64,000 nt of DNA, taken from positions 62,001 through 126,000 of the forward strand of contig NIVC01000344.1 of assembly GCA_002269645.1 (NCBI GenBank). The letters are read 5' to 3'. Position numbers and translations under genes: made by a program. Each line of letters starts with the position of its first letter. The stretch's first letter is position 1. The stretch comes from Macrostomum lignano (taxonomy: Eukaryota). Positions 1 to 12,503 of this stretch are shown in pieces. The notes below the pieces were generated by a model, which was given only the letters and a program-made list of their open reading frames with translations, was not told where the DNA came from and searched no databases.

Positions 1-2333
1 GCATTCTGCCAAGTAGCCAAGCAGCCATGCAGTCCTGTCTGCCTGAGCAAACAGGCCGAGAGGGGAAGTGAAGCTGATCGAGACAGCAGGATGAGTAAAG
101 TATCCAGGATAAGATATGGAAACTGAGAGCGCATTCCCGCTTCACTTTTCCAACCAGTGATGTACCTTAGACAATGTGCTGGTAAACACAGAAGCTGCTA
201 AAGGCACTATTAAAAAACCAGAAATAAGCTGCATGACATCCGGAAATTATTATACAAATACTTGAATGTACAATCCAAAAATTTCGCCCACCAGAGGCGT
301 TGCTTCAAGCGTCGCTTGCAAGTTGTTATTCTACGAGCTAGTAGTAAAGCTAACAACGAACTGCAATTACTCGTAAGACTCTCGGCCGACGCGGTGCTAA
401 GCAAGCAATAGCTTATCTGCATTGGTAGGAGATGCAGTTATTTGCCGGCTTTCAGATCGGAACACTTGTTATTTGACTTAGCCGCTTGGCTGGTCTGGCC
501 ACGCATGGAAGCCCAGCCCAGTGTTTGTGCTGCCGCTACTGCTGCTGGCTCTGCTGGGCCTCCCTCCCGGTGTCTTAGAGACCGACAACTGCGGCCCAGT
601 CAACGCGTCGTGTAGGACTTGGATTAAGAATTAACGGCTTCGGCCGGCAGGGGATAGCGTAGCAGCAAGGAATTGGAAAGGAATGGCGAGTCACGACTTA
701 AATTTGCTTTAGCTCAGCCGTGCGCAAATAGACTTGCTTTCCTTCAGGGAAGCAATGCGCTTCCCCGCCTGGCGAGCAAGCAGTTTTACAACTGGTTTTT
801 TTCACTCCGCGGCAATCCTCAGTCAGACGTGGGGAAAAATGGAATTGAACGCGCGAAAAATTCTTATCTTGCGGCTGATACGAAGGGCATTAAAGAGATG
901 CCTATAGATTAGACAAAATATGGTAAAAATAGAACTGCCTATATTTACTGGCCTCGTGAATGTTGTTCTTTGCAAAAATTCACGAAAATTTCTTCAGTAA
1001 AACTGAATGTCACTGTTGGTTCCTGAAAATTAGTTGGCTTCTTCTTATTAATTCAAAGCAATCCAAATTTTGCAGATATCTGATAAGTCGCGTTTGTCGT
1101 CTCTACTCCTTCCTGACATGCGCAACAGAGGCCGAAAACATCCGCCCGAGAGACAAACGCGCGCAATGAGGATCTTATAAATATCAAATTCATCCCCTGG
1201 CTCTTGTTTTCCTTATTGGTCTCTCTCCACACACTCGCGTGGAATTTAAAAACAACCAAAAGCAGCCTTGACAGATGCTAGGAGAGAATGATGAAGAATA
1301 GGAGCTGCACAGGAGGAATGGGAGGCGACTGACTAAAGCTTTGCGCCGAACATTTTCCAACTTCCTGATTCCTCGCTGCTTCCGCAAATGATCTCCTCCT
1401 CCTGACTGTCTTCCTCGCTCTTGGCTTGGCTTGGATTTCAGCCGGGCTCTAATAGATGCAGGCACGTCAGCCTCTTGATGGAGGGAATTATATTCCGACG
1501 CCAGTTGGCACCGTGCGCGCGGCTATTGAAAACAGATTCGTCTCGCCGTTACAAAGGGAGTAGCGTCACCGACTGCGACAAATTTATTTCCTCACTCTTT
1601 CTTTGCATCGGGAGATTCAATCAATAACGGAGGAGAAAAACAGAAATCCAGAAATTAGAGATGCCAATCGGATCGCAAATCTCACAGCTCGACGGGGATT
1701 TTGAAACGCAATAGGATATCGCAATGCCACCTTGCTCGAGCCGGGAAAATCCTCAAATTCACGCCCTTAACCTGTGAGCTAGAGAAGCACCAGATGACTT
1801 GCCGCTAACTTGCTAGTTGCTACATAAGCCTGTGCGGGTGGATTGACGGTTGACTTACGCACGCCTTCTGAAGTAGCATTATCTGATGATGCTGCAGGAG
1901 CCTACCGCCAACATGCCTATTGGAGAAAAGGCACCATCTCACAAGCTAAATACAAAGCGCAAGTTTTAATTGAATTTCCTTTCGTGTCGTTTGGTCTCAT
2001 AAGTCATCACTATCGTCTGGTCTCATAAGTCATAAACAATCCTACCACATTATATATACTAAATAACAGTTACAACAAGGTAAATTGGAGCTAGTACGAG
2101 CTGAAGGAAACAAGAGGTCTGAATGCTTCTAAAAAGACACTACAAATTATCAACTACTGTATCGAAATAATCTAATTTTCGTGCCTGCTTCGTGATCCCA
2201 GCAATGTCGAAAAAGTCACTCTATAAATGTCACTTCATATCGAGACACTACTTTCTATAATCGTATAAGTGCGTGCCTATGTACTGTTGAAAAACACGCA
2301 AAAATTTACGTCCTCAGAAACCCCTTCACTTAC

Positions 2334-3231
2334 CAGTCAGCTGCAGTTTCGGCTGTTTGGAGTTGGCCATTAGATTGCCACCGCCGCCTCTGTGTACGCG
2401 CAGCACAACTGCCGATGAATTTTTTGAATTTGAGCCATCGGCTGCCGCCGTTGTGAGATGTCGCTGGACAAAAGCTCCCGCAGAGGCTGGACCAGAAGTT
2501 CGCGCGGTCTTTACTCCGGAGGTCAAGAAGCGTGTCTGCTTGACAGCCTCTTGGTAGACGCGGATGTAGAAGAAGATTATGACGCACAGCGGTAAATAGA
2601 AAGAAAACGTCACGGAGAAGGCAATGTAGGCAGTGTTGTCGGACACTTCGCATTTGTAAGGATCTTCGGTGCCGTTTCGTGGTTTCTTCCAACCAATTAG
2701 TGGCCCAACGGAGACCAGCAAGGAGAGCAACCAAACAAAGAGGACCACAAGCACTGCCCTACGGTGGGTCAAGATGCTAGCGTGCTGCAGTGGTCGGGTC
2801 ACGCCGATGTACCTCTCCATGGAGATGACACATAAAGACATGATGCTTGCAGTGCAGCAGAGCACGTCAACCGATGCCCAGATGTCGCAGAGGATGTTGC
2901 CAAAATGCCAGCAACCACCGGTGACCTCTAGAGCCGAGCTGAATGGCAACACGCAAGCACCGAGCAGGAGGTCGGCTGCGGCGAGATTGGACACAAATAC
3001 CCCGGTTGTTGAGCGAAGGTTTCGATGCAGCGCCACGGCCAGCAGCACCAGACAGTTGCCGAACACTGTACCCAGCGAAATCAGGCCCAGGACTATGCCG
3101 GTTAGCACCGAGCGATAGTCCATGGGATGCTTGCCAGGACAGCTGACGGTAGCATTAAGGATGCTCGAGTTATCCAGTTTGAGATGAATTTTCCTGCTTG
3201 AGCAGGCTTCAGGCAGCTGAATGAATTCCGA
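2334..3231 (-). CDS. Aminergic class A GPCR, alpha1-adrenergic/alpha-octopamine-like; exon encoding N-terminus to ICL3 (TM1-TM5)
   Basis: ORF 2326-3123 has GNxLV (TM1), SNLAAAD (TM2), W..CDIW, DVLCCTASI (D3.32), ERY, SVGPLIGW and FSVTFSFYLP. The donor ACTG|GTAAGT starts the intron at 2333. The frame stays open upstream of M3123 as far as a stop at 3238-3240, so the 5' exon boundary is approximate. TM6-7 were not found. Confidence 0.9.
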
Positions 3232-4870
3232 ACTGTTTCAAAGCCCCAGTCAACAGTCTTGTTTTAGGCCTCTTGTCTGATTGCCACTTACTGTATATTT
3301 CCTGAAAAAGAAAGAATTACGACCTCTCAGGAGTACCTGATTGGCCTAAAAATCGTAGGTGGATGCAGACAGAAACCAATACCATTGGCTTAGCCGGTAG
3401 AGTGCTTTTGGTAAGCAGACCAGAATAGAAGACAAACACGCACAAGTTAAGAATATGGACAAGTCTGCAGCTACTCGTATTTGACACTCGGAAGTTGTAA
3501 ACTGGACCCATATTTGAAAGTTGGAAAAGTATAGAAGTACGAGTAAGAACCATTTATGTGCGATAAAGGTCACATCGACATGAAAAAGTAGATACAGAAA
3601 AGTGCCAAAACGTTTTCGCACATTTGCATTTCATAGTCAGGATTTTTTTAAAATATATTCCAACTTTGATCGTCGCATTAGCCATTAGGATTTGGAAACC
3701 CACAAAAGATTTTCCTGCTCCAACCTGGTGCAGTCATACGCTCGTACAAGCCTTGCTTTCGGCAATAATTAGCCTATGTAGTCATAAATTAACATTATGC
3801 CCACCTTGTCCTTTTTGCTTTACAGTTTCCCCAAAGCCGACTGTAAGAAATTCCCTTACAGGGTCGGGAGAGTCAAAAGCAACATGAAAGCAGTATCCAG
3901 CAACAGAAACATGCAAGCTAAAATATGAACAAAAATCCTAGACTGCTTTGATTGTCCATCCCTGTAATTTTACAAATGGGAACCTCCGCTACTTTAAAAA
4001 TGACCTTTGCTTTGTTACCTCGCTTACCTCTCGTTAGTAAACGCAGATTAATGAGCAAATCTTTCGCAGTGAATTAGTTTCTGCCACGCAAACCTTGTTC
4101 TTTTGCTCACCCTGTTTGCACAACACGAAAGATTTGCTCTTCGAACGATACTAGAGAGCATAGCAGCGGTAGCATTATGAGTATGTGCGAGTTGATGAAG
4201 GTTATAAAGATTCGTTTTCAACTCCTTGCGGATCATACCAGTAAGTAGTACCTAAATACAAGTAACAAGAGCATACATGGCTCCATGCTGTCACTGTTAT
4301 CTACATTAGCTCTCATATTCCTTTATTCCATTGGAGCCATAGAGGCAGAGCAGCTGTCGTTCGAGTGCGATTCACATGAAGTCCAACCTCCGAAGCACAG
4401 AGTTTACATCCTTGGCAATTCGAAACTCAGGGCCGTTGTACACCCAGCGTGAGCTTCTTTGTGTTCAGGAGTCAGCTGGTAAAAAAGGTGAGACGCTACT
4501 TATAGTAGTAAAATGAAAATGCTGTCAAAAACCGTTAGGACAGCTGAGCTGAAGCAATGAAAGCAACCATAGCTGTACACAATCCCATTAAATACCTCGA
4601 TCTCTACAACGAAATTTGCTTTCGGCGAGTATATGTGCACTATAGCTACGCAAAAAAGAAAAAAACAACAAGAGAGCTGAAAAAACAACTTAAAAAATGT
4701 CGTCCATTTCTTGAAAGATGGTCTGATATTTTTTGCAGGCCTTTTTGTTATTTTATTGATCAATAATAATAAGCTTCCGAAAGAAGCCCAACCACCATTG
4801 GCGCCGTGTGGCCAAAGAAGAAGATTAGATAGTAAATTTTTGAGTCAAACTGCTAGCGATGGATGCCAGA

Positions 4871-6160
4871 TTATTTGAAGATCTTGCCCCTAGCAAACTT
4901 CTTGTCACCGAAGTCGCCCTCATCATGCAGGAAGTAGGCCTCAACCAATTTCTTAGCCTCATCGGATTTAGGATCCAGCTTGCGCCACGAGTAGCTCTCA
5001 TAATCCACCTGTAGATCTTCGCTAAGCTCAAAAGCCAGACCCTGGCCGCGCCAGAACCAGAGACCACTAATTGTGCTCTTGTTATTCTCGCCAAACACAA
5101 CCATGGAACCGAACGCGTGCTTGTGCATCCTTTCCAGGCGCTGGAACATGCCGCCAATCAGATTGCTGGACATGAATAGGAGGCGCAGGTCTTCCGGATA
5201 GAGATATTCGCAGTACCACAGACTGTAGTGCTCGGGATCGAAGTTCTGCCAGAAGTATGGTATGGCAACGGTCTTAATGTCCTGGTTGGAGTACACGCGC
5301 TTGAACTCGTCCATGTTGAAGGTGCCGACTGGGAGCTTGGCAAAAGGATCTTTATCCTCCTTCTTCTTCTCACTCTCGTCGGCAGCGGTAGCTGTAGCCT
5401 CCTTCTTTGGCTCCTCCTTCTTAGGCGCCGCTTCCTTCTTCTTCGGCTCTTCCTTCTTAGCCTGCTTCTTGTCGTCTTTCTTGCCGCCCGACTGTTGCCG
5501 CAGCTGATCGTAGCGAGCCTGGCTGAATTCGCCAGCTTTATCGGCCAGCTTCACCTCGCCTAGGATTCGCTTGAATTCCGGCTGGTTAACCAGGGTGTTA
5601 AACCAGCGAGAGACGTTGGCGTATGGCCGGCGCTGCTCTGGGCCCATGGCGTGCTGGAACAGCGGCAACAGATCGCAGGCTACAGCCACATCGGCGAGGG
5701 TGATTCGCTCGCCAACCAGGTAGGTTCGAGTGGCCAGATAAGAGTCCAGAAACTTCAAACCGGCTGCTACCTGGGCCTTGGCGGCCTCGATCTGGCCAGC
5801 GTCGGGCCTGGTAACACCAAGGCAGGGCAGCACCCAGGCGGTCATGGGCGGCACGAAGGTGGCGTCGCTCCAGTTGGCGAACTGGGCAACGTTGGCCGAA
5901 TTGCCAGAGCCGCCTCGCAGTTGCTCGTTGGCAACAAACTGGGCAATGGCGTTGGCTTCGAATAGTTGTTCCTTGCCAGACTCGAAAGCTGGCAGGCAGC
6001 CAGCTGGGAAGCCCTTCTTGACCAGGGTGCTATCGGTTTTGCCTGGCTCATACTTGGCCTTGGTCAGTTTAAAGCCAGAGTAGGCGGCAGCAATTTCAAC
6101 GCGCTGGGCGCGAAAATAGTTGGGTGGCGCAAACAGAACACCAGTGGAGGACATGGCCAT
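4871..6160 (-). CDS. EEF1G: Eukaryotic translation elongation factor 1 gamma (GST-like N domain, Lys/Glu linker, EF1G C domain), intronless
   Basis: 429-aa ORF with FEANAIAQFV, LDSYLATRTYLVGERITLAD, FNMDEFKRVYSN, SLWYCEY, FMSSNLIGGMFQRL, DYESYSWRKLD and C-terminal GKIFK. AATAAA on the minus strand at ~4752-4757. Confidence 0.97.
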   Translation of the reverse strand: MAMSSTGVLFAPPNYFRAQRVEIAAAYSGFKLTKAKYEPGKTDSTLVKKGFPAGCLPAFESGKEQLFEANAIAQFVANEQLRGGSGNSANVAQFANWSDATFVPPMTAWVLPCLGVTRPDAGQIEAAKAQVAAGLKFLDSYLATRTYLVGERITLADVAVACDLLPLFQHAMGPEQRRPYANVSRWFNTLVNQPEFKRILGEVKLADKAGEFSQARYDQLRQQSGGKKDDKKQAKKEEPKKKEAAPKKEEPKKEATATAADESEKKKEDKDPFAKLPVGTFNMDEFKRVYSNQDIKTVAIPYFWQNFDPEHYSLWYCEYLYPEDLRLLFMSSNLIGGMFQRLERMHKHAFGSMVVFGENNKSTISGLWFWRGQGLAFELSEDLQVDYESYSWRKLDPKSDEAKKLVEAYFLHDEGDFGDKKFARGKIFK

Positions 6161-6968
6161 GCATGGGATTTAATTTAAAGTAAAAAGACTGCCATGCCTT
6201 CCAGTTAAACTAAACAGTTTTTACTAAGAAACTAGAATCTTACCACAGCTAATTTCTATTGGTTTAGAGTATTCATTTTCTAATTCAACAAGTTAATACC
6301 AACCAAGCTCCATGTGTTATAAGAGTAAAAATCTCAATTCTATACAATATTTTGTTTCTATTTTGCCTAAGTATTAAAAGCTTCAAGAGTCACGGCTCTT
6401 GTAGACCTAAAGCATAGGGATACCTGGTTGTATACAATTATTTCCTTAATTTTTATTGCAAGCAAATAAAGATTTTGTTTTAAGTTTTACAAGCATTTCT
6501 ATAAAAAAATTATTTGAAATTTGAAATTAGAAATAAAAACTTTTTCTTGGTCAATTCATCTATTTCCTGCTTCAATGTTAGAAATAAACTTAGTAAAATG
6601 CCTAGTATGCAACAAGATTTTTGATCTGCTAGTGCTTTAAATCATGACAAAAAGGGCAGGTCAAATTTGGTCTAATTTCATTTATATACACATAAAGAAG
6701 TAATTACCTAGGCTAAAAACATTTAAATATAGCTAATAATAGCTTTACAAATATTAGGCAGCAATGAAATGGGAAATAATTATGCAATTGCTTAGTATTA
6801 TCTATTTAGGGCATACTAAAGGAAAAATTCAATAAATATTATATGTAGTTATTTTAAACAAAAGATATAGATATTTTTCAATAGCATTGAATACAATGGT
6901 ATTTAATATAAATATAATTATAACAAACTTAGATAATCAGCTATATCTTAAATTTTGCCAAAATTTTA

Positions 6969-8584
6969 GAAGTGTTTTGGCATTAAAATATTTGTTAGTT
7001 CAAGGGCTGGGCAAACCTCTTAGTGGCACAATCCATGTTAGGGAAGAAAGTTGACCACTAGTCATTTTTAAGTAGAAAGCACTTTATTTGCAATATTTAT
7101 AGCTTAGCAAAAAAATTTAAACAAAACCCTCTCTCTTTAAAGCCCTAGACTTTGTATCAGAATTCAAAGACATTTATTTGCCAATGACATCAGCACATAA
7201 ATTCAAAATTGCATACTAAAATTTTGAAAAACCTGGAAATTGCAATAAAAGTTAAGTTGTGTGCAGGGCCTTCCTGATTCTTTTATAAAATTGATAATCA
7301 TATAACTTATTTTGAATGCGTGCCAAATCTAGGAAAACACAATTGTTATAATACACATATTTTTTATAATATTTTATGCAAACTAATATTTGTTTAAACT
7401 AGCAATAAAAATTAAAGTATAAATAGAAGCATTTTCAGTGGAGGAGAGACCAACCTTGCGCATTGCAGTTTGATAACAAGACAGTTAATAGTGGATAGTA
7501 AGAGTTCCAAGTAAACATTATTGAAGATTGTTTTCCAAGTTATTCATTTGCAGAAGAGAAGTGAAGTGGCAGAGAACACATACAGTATATACTACTGAGA
7601 AGTGGAAGTAGTAAGAGAATACAAAGTAGATCCTAAATTGATACATATAAGAATAACCAGAGACTATGATCCTCTGATCTCAGTAACGCCCAGGATTAGA
7701 AGTATATGCAATATACATACCAGTAAGCCAATATACCACTCAGTCCAAAATAACAATAAACGCTACCAGAATAATAGTAAACGCTACTGGAATAACAGGA
7801 AAACAATACTTATAAGGGCTAAATAGCAGCTACCAACATTAAAACATTTAATATATAGACAAAAGTTAAGCCCTTTGACAACTTTAGTGACAGCTGTGGA
7901 ATTATTTATAGGGATAGAAGTTTACCCCTAGCACAACTTTGGTGACTCAGCGGTAGGATAATTTCAGTGAGAGCAATCACACTTTTGACAGTTGGGTATA
8001 AGACCAAGATGGCCACAACATTGAGTCTCTTTGGCTTTCCTCTCTTTTTATCATTAATTAGTAACATAGTAGCTATTGTTATTTTTATTATGTTTAATCA
8101 ATCATATTTATAAATACTAATGCAATAATAGATTTGAAACTAAATAATCTTTTTTAGTTTTTATGCCAATTTATTCCTTATCATTACATCTATCAAATCT
8201 ATCACTATCTGTTTATTGAGAAACCATTGCTACTAGTAATGCTATACAAAAATTAAGATAAATATACAAGGCAAGGTATTTATTTTGTGTTAGACTACTT
8301 GCTTGATATAGTGAATAAATATATATAAGTCAAGCTATAATAAAAGCTAAAGCCAAAAGAATGACTATAATATAAGGGCCTAATATAATACAATTCCAAT
8401 ATAGCATCTATTTAGTATCTATTTCTCTAATTATTACCAATAGGAAATAAGTGAAATATATAGACCTAGGCTTATTATTATCTATTTAGACACTTAAAGC
8501 TGTGGCCATCTTGGTGTGTGGCCATCTTGGTCATGTACCGACAGTTGCAACCCCCACAACTGAATTTTAATGCCAAAACACTTC
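6969..8584. mobile_element. Non-autonomous TIR element (PIF/Harbinger-like MITE) carrying a nested insertion; repeated at ~12588-14214
   Basis: 21-bp TIR GAAGTGTTTTGGCATTAAAAT ... ATTTTAATGCCAAAACACTTC. Flanks TTA/ATA (TWA-like 3-bp TSD, imperfect). Confidence 0.6.
7995..8539. mobile_element. Merlin-like MITE with perfect 8-bp TSD
   Basis: TIR GGTATAAGACCAAGATGGCCACA ... TGTGGCCATCTTGGTCATGTACC, flanked on both sides by GACAGTTG (7987-7994, 8540-8547). Confidence 0.75.
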
Positions 8585-8671
8585 ATAGATAAAAAATGTA
8601 TATAGTAATGAGTAAGTGTAACAAACAATTCTGCAGGATAGCCATGTCATTTGCTGAGTTTGTTATATATA

Positions 8672-8865
8672 GCAGTATATCCATATATGTGCAACTTTAG
8701 GAATCACCTGGTCATTTCTATTGGCAACACATGTACATGTAAGTTGCTATTTGCTAAGACAGTCACGTGACTACTATTCTGTCTAATAGTGACTTACATG
8801 TGTGGGTTGCCAATAGAAACAGCCAAGTGAATCCCAAGGTTGCACCTAAGTATGAGTATATTAAC
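8672..8865. mobile_element. Short palindromic (foldback) MITE; repeated at ~14302-14495
   Basis: Left arm GTGCAACTTTAGGAATCACCTGGTCATTTCTATTGGCAAC is the reverse complement of right arm GTTGCCAATAGAAACAGCCAAGTGAATCCCAAGGTTGCAC. Mismatches are mostly transitions. Confidence 0.65.
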
Positions 8866-9761
8866 TATAGTTCATTTTAGCATTGATTTGGCATCAGTAA
8901 AAACCAATTGGCTAAAGTTATTTAAATTTCAAAGGCTATACCCAGGCCTTCTTGATGTTAAGACAATGATAGCTAGGGCCTAGGCCTAGTTTATATTATA
9001 TAATTATTAGATTAAATACTAAAGTCTAAAATAGGCCTACTTTATTTTATAATATACAAAAAATCTTTTGATTTCATTTTTAATTAAAAATTGTATTATA
9101 GAATTAAACCATATATAATGTACAAATGTCCAAATTAAAATCTAAAAATCTAAATATTATATTAGATAATATAAGAAATTAAATTCTGTAATAAAATTTC
9201 TATAATATTAGAAATTAAAATCCTTACAATACAATGAATGTAAAAATTTAAAAAGAAATCAAAATTGATATAAAAGTTGTTCGTGATCACACGAAGTTTG
9301 ACTTAATTGGATGGATAATTTGATAATTTGAAGTATTAATAAGTAATTTACTGTTTTTGCTACAAGTGACGACATTTTCGCGAAAGATTTTTTTATAATA
9401 GCGCGCATGAAAGGAAGTAAAACAAGAGGCATATAAGTAGTTTCGTTTATGGTTTAACAAAAGAATTTAAGATATTTCAGTTTCTTTGAAAAGCTTAAAA
9501 CAAAACAATGCATCTAGAAGTATGCTTATACAAAAAAACACGTGTTAACGATGTATTACCCGTTGATTTGACAATGCTTCACATTGCCATTTACCTAATA
9601 TACCTCAAAATTATAACCAGTACAGCGGTGACAATAAAGCTTATTTCAGTCAAAATTGCTTGTGATCTGGAACAGAAAGATTCGGTTGGCAAATCATTTT
9701 TTAAGTCCGAAGAACATAGGCCTTTTCATTTGTGGCATGTTTTTGTGGAAATTGATACTGA

Positions 9762-10270
9762 TAGAGCTGTCAAAATTAGAGATTTTATTCGAGACAAGAT
9801 TCGAGACGAGAAAGGCTTATAAGTCGAGAATTTCGAGACGAGACAAGACAAAGTAAATCTAAAAAATATATTTCAGAAATGCATTTTGTCTTGCTCTTAT
9901 CTTGCTTTATCTTGTCTTAAATTTCTTGATAAGATACAATTCTAAAATATATTTTTTAGATTTTCCAGAATACTTTCTTAATTCTAGTTTAAATTTTTTG
10001 CTATTTTTGTTAAATAACTGCTCAACATTGGCTAGATTTTACCATTTGAAAATTGCCCTATCAAGTGTGTTACAACAAACAGTTGTATTTATATGAAAAT
10101 TTGCTCCCCTTTTTATATCTTATCACTTAAAAGCTTTTGAAAAAAAGTATCAGAAAAATTCTTGAATCTCATCTTGAATTTCTTGACAAAATTTGAGATT
10201 TCTCGAGACAAGAAAAAATGTCGAGATCTTGTCTCGAATCTTGTCTCGTCGAGATCTCGTGACAGCTCTA
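9762..10270. mobile_element. hAT-like MITE
   Basis: Ends TAGAGCTGTCA ... TGACAGCTCTA with subterminal CGAGACAAGATTCGAGAC repeats. Flanks GATACTGA/GAAATTGA (6/8 match, 8-bp TSD-like). Confidence 0.7.
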
Positions 10271-10834
10271 GAAATTGAAGTTAATCAATCATTTTTCCTC
10301 ATTAGGGCTAGGCCTAACTTATTTTTTATTAGGGTTTAGTTAGGCCTAATCTGAACCATCTTACTTTTCATTGATTGATATTGTTTTCATTAGTCACATT
10401 ATCTGTCTTATAAAATACTTTACTTGCCTATAAGACCAAGTCTTTCACCTAGGCTAGGGCCTAGGCTATGCCTGGCTTACTGGCTATAGTATATTCAATG
10501 ATCTATTGGCCTAGGCCCTACCTTAGAATTAGATGTCATATAGTTCAGTTACAGTATGATTCTTTACTAAACAATAATATGTAGGCCTATTTATGTGCAC
10601 TAACCTATGTCTATATTGCCTATATGCTATGTAGGCCTATAGTAGACTATAGGGTGTCCAAGGGCAATCCTTTGGTTACCCACTCTAAATTAATTAAACC
10701 CCTTTTTGAACTTTTCAGAATCCAACAAGCTCACAGAGTTCTACATAGGGTAGTAGTATATTATATAGTAGAGTATATTATCCAGTATTATCTAATATAT
10801 TATCTAGTAAACATGCCACAATGCAGTGCTATGC

Positions 10835-11990
10835 AACCGCTTGCCTAGGCTGAATCCGCTGCTTCTCAGCTGGCAAAGTGGTTTCAGACCAGGCAAGTCT
10901 ACAACTGAGCAGGTTGCAACCATCTGCTGTATCATTGAAGCCTATAAGACATATCAGCATTCTATCTTAATTGATTTTGTTGACTTCCGCAAAGCATTCA
11001 ACTCAGTTGATAGACTTGCACTTCTGTGGATTTTGTCCTACTATGACATTCCTTCCAAACTTGTAGCTGCTGTGATAGACTTATACAGCATTTTAAGAGC
11101 ATTTGTTCAGTTAAGCGACAGCCCCACTGAAGAATTTAGCACAACTTCTGGCGTCCTTCAGGGCAACATGCTGGCTCCACTACTCTTCATTGTTGTAGTA
11201 GACTATGTTCTTCACCAATGCCTGCGTGAAGATGATGGCTATGTGCTGGTCTCACGCTGAAGCTCCCGATATCCTGCCATCTCGCTGCCTGCTCTAGCCT
11301 ATGCTGACAACATTGCTCTTCTGTGTCACGATCCGGCTGCTGCCCAATGGGCTCTGTCTAGACTCTACAAGGGTACCCGAGTTGGCTTGGTGATCAATGC
11401 ATCCAAGACTGAGGTGCTCCACATGGCCTCTGCAACTACCCCTGCGCTAGCTCTTCCAAATAGAGAAGTCATCAAGGTGTGCAAGGATTTCCTCTACCTT
11501 GGCTCCCTTGTCTTGAGCCCCAACACCATTGTTTCTGATAGGACTCAGGCCTAGCTCAGGAGCATCTTCAATTCAACAGCTCATGACAACCTAAAGATGT
11601 GCCTTTTTTCGCACTGCCATTGAGCCGATTCTCCTATATGGCATGGAGGCTATGCCAATGACTGCAATGCAACAGCAAGCCCTGGATGCCCACTACAGGT
11701 CACTGCTCTGCTATGCCCTGGGCATGCACTACCCTGATAGTGTTCTGACCAGGGACCTGATGACTTGCACTAGTGTTCCTGCGCTCAGCTGCACTATCTG
11801 TAAACGCCGTCAGATGTTATTTGGCTGCTGCCTAAGAAGCCATGGCCAGGGCAAGCAAATCCTCTGGTGCTAGCTCTCCTATATTAGCCCACTAAGTGCC
11901 TGCGTCGTGGCCAAGGCCAAACTATGACATTAAATGATACATCTCTGACTGACTTGCAGGCCATTGGGCTCAGCCCCCAGTCCGCTATGA
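10835..11990 (+). pseudogene. 5'-truncated non-LTR retrotransposon reverse transcriptase (RTE-like), degenerate
   Basis: QSGFRPGKSTTEQ, FVDFRKAFNSVDR, TSGVLQGNMLAPLLF, a stop at 11258, then PALAYADNIALL (from YADD), GLVINASKTEVL and FLYLGS. Multiple stops and frameshifts. Confidence 0.9.
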
Positions 11991-12503
11991 CTTGCCCTCT
12001 TGGTTGTTCTGCAAACATGTCTGCGCAAAGTCTAGCTAGATCTCTTTTTTCTGTGCTACTCTCTGCGTTGCTACATATATATATATCTCCAATAGAGGAT
12101 ATTGCCAAAATGCTGATGGGAGAAGCTTGGCACCACATAAAAATCCTACAGGACAAAGCAATGCCACATGTCTCTCGCAAGTCCTGTTATTAGCAAGCAG
12201 GTGGTACCTCGCCATCTATCACATTTTTCTTTGTTAACATTGGGTACTAGCGCAACCAATCCTCAATGATTCATATCAAGGTCACATAGTATAATGCTGT
12301 TGATGACTTCAATAGCAAAGACAATAGATTGTGGCACTGGAAGTTGGCCAGCCATACTAGCAGTAGCTGTAAAGTTCAAAAAGGGGTTTAAATAATTTAG
12401 AGCAGGAAACCAAAAGATTGCTAACTCTAGAATCTAGTATAGGCTTAGGCATAGCTTTTTGCATGCTAATTAAAGAAAACTTGCATTCAATTTAAGAATG
12501 GCT

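Larger units (their letters stand above)
6934..12503. repeat. Copy 1 of a ~5.6 kb direct duplication
   Basis: Nearly identical to 12553-18138; about 20 small differences seen by eye. Ends exactly at the N gap. Confidence 0.97.

Noticed and set aside
1190-1465. Minus-strand ORF as the missing TM6-7 exon of the GPCR
   Set aside because: No CWxPFF or NPxxY motif. The remaining exons probably lie before position 1.
5228-6178. Plus-strand ORFs overlapping EF1-gamma (and antisense ORFs over liprin and BEN exons)
   Set aside because: Antisense shadows of GC3-rich coding sequence.
7602-7826. Short ORFs in the AT-rich duplicated block (also 9508-10096 and their copies)
   Set aside because: AT-rich, no codon or domain signal, and partly inside MITEs.
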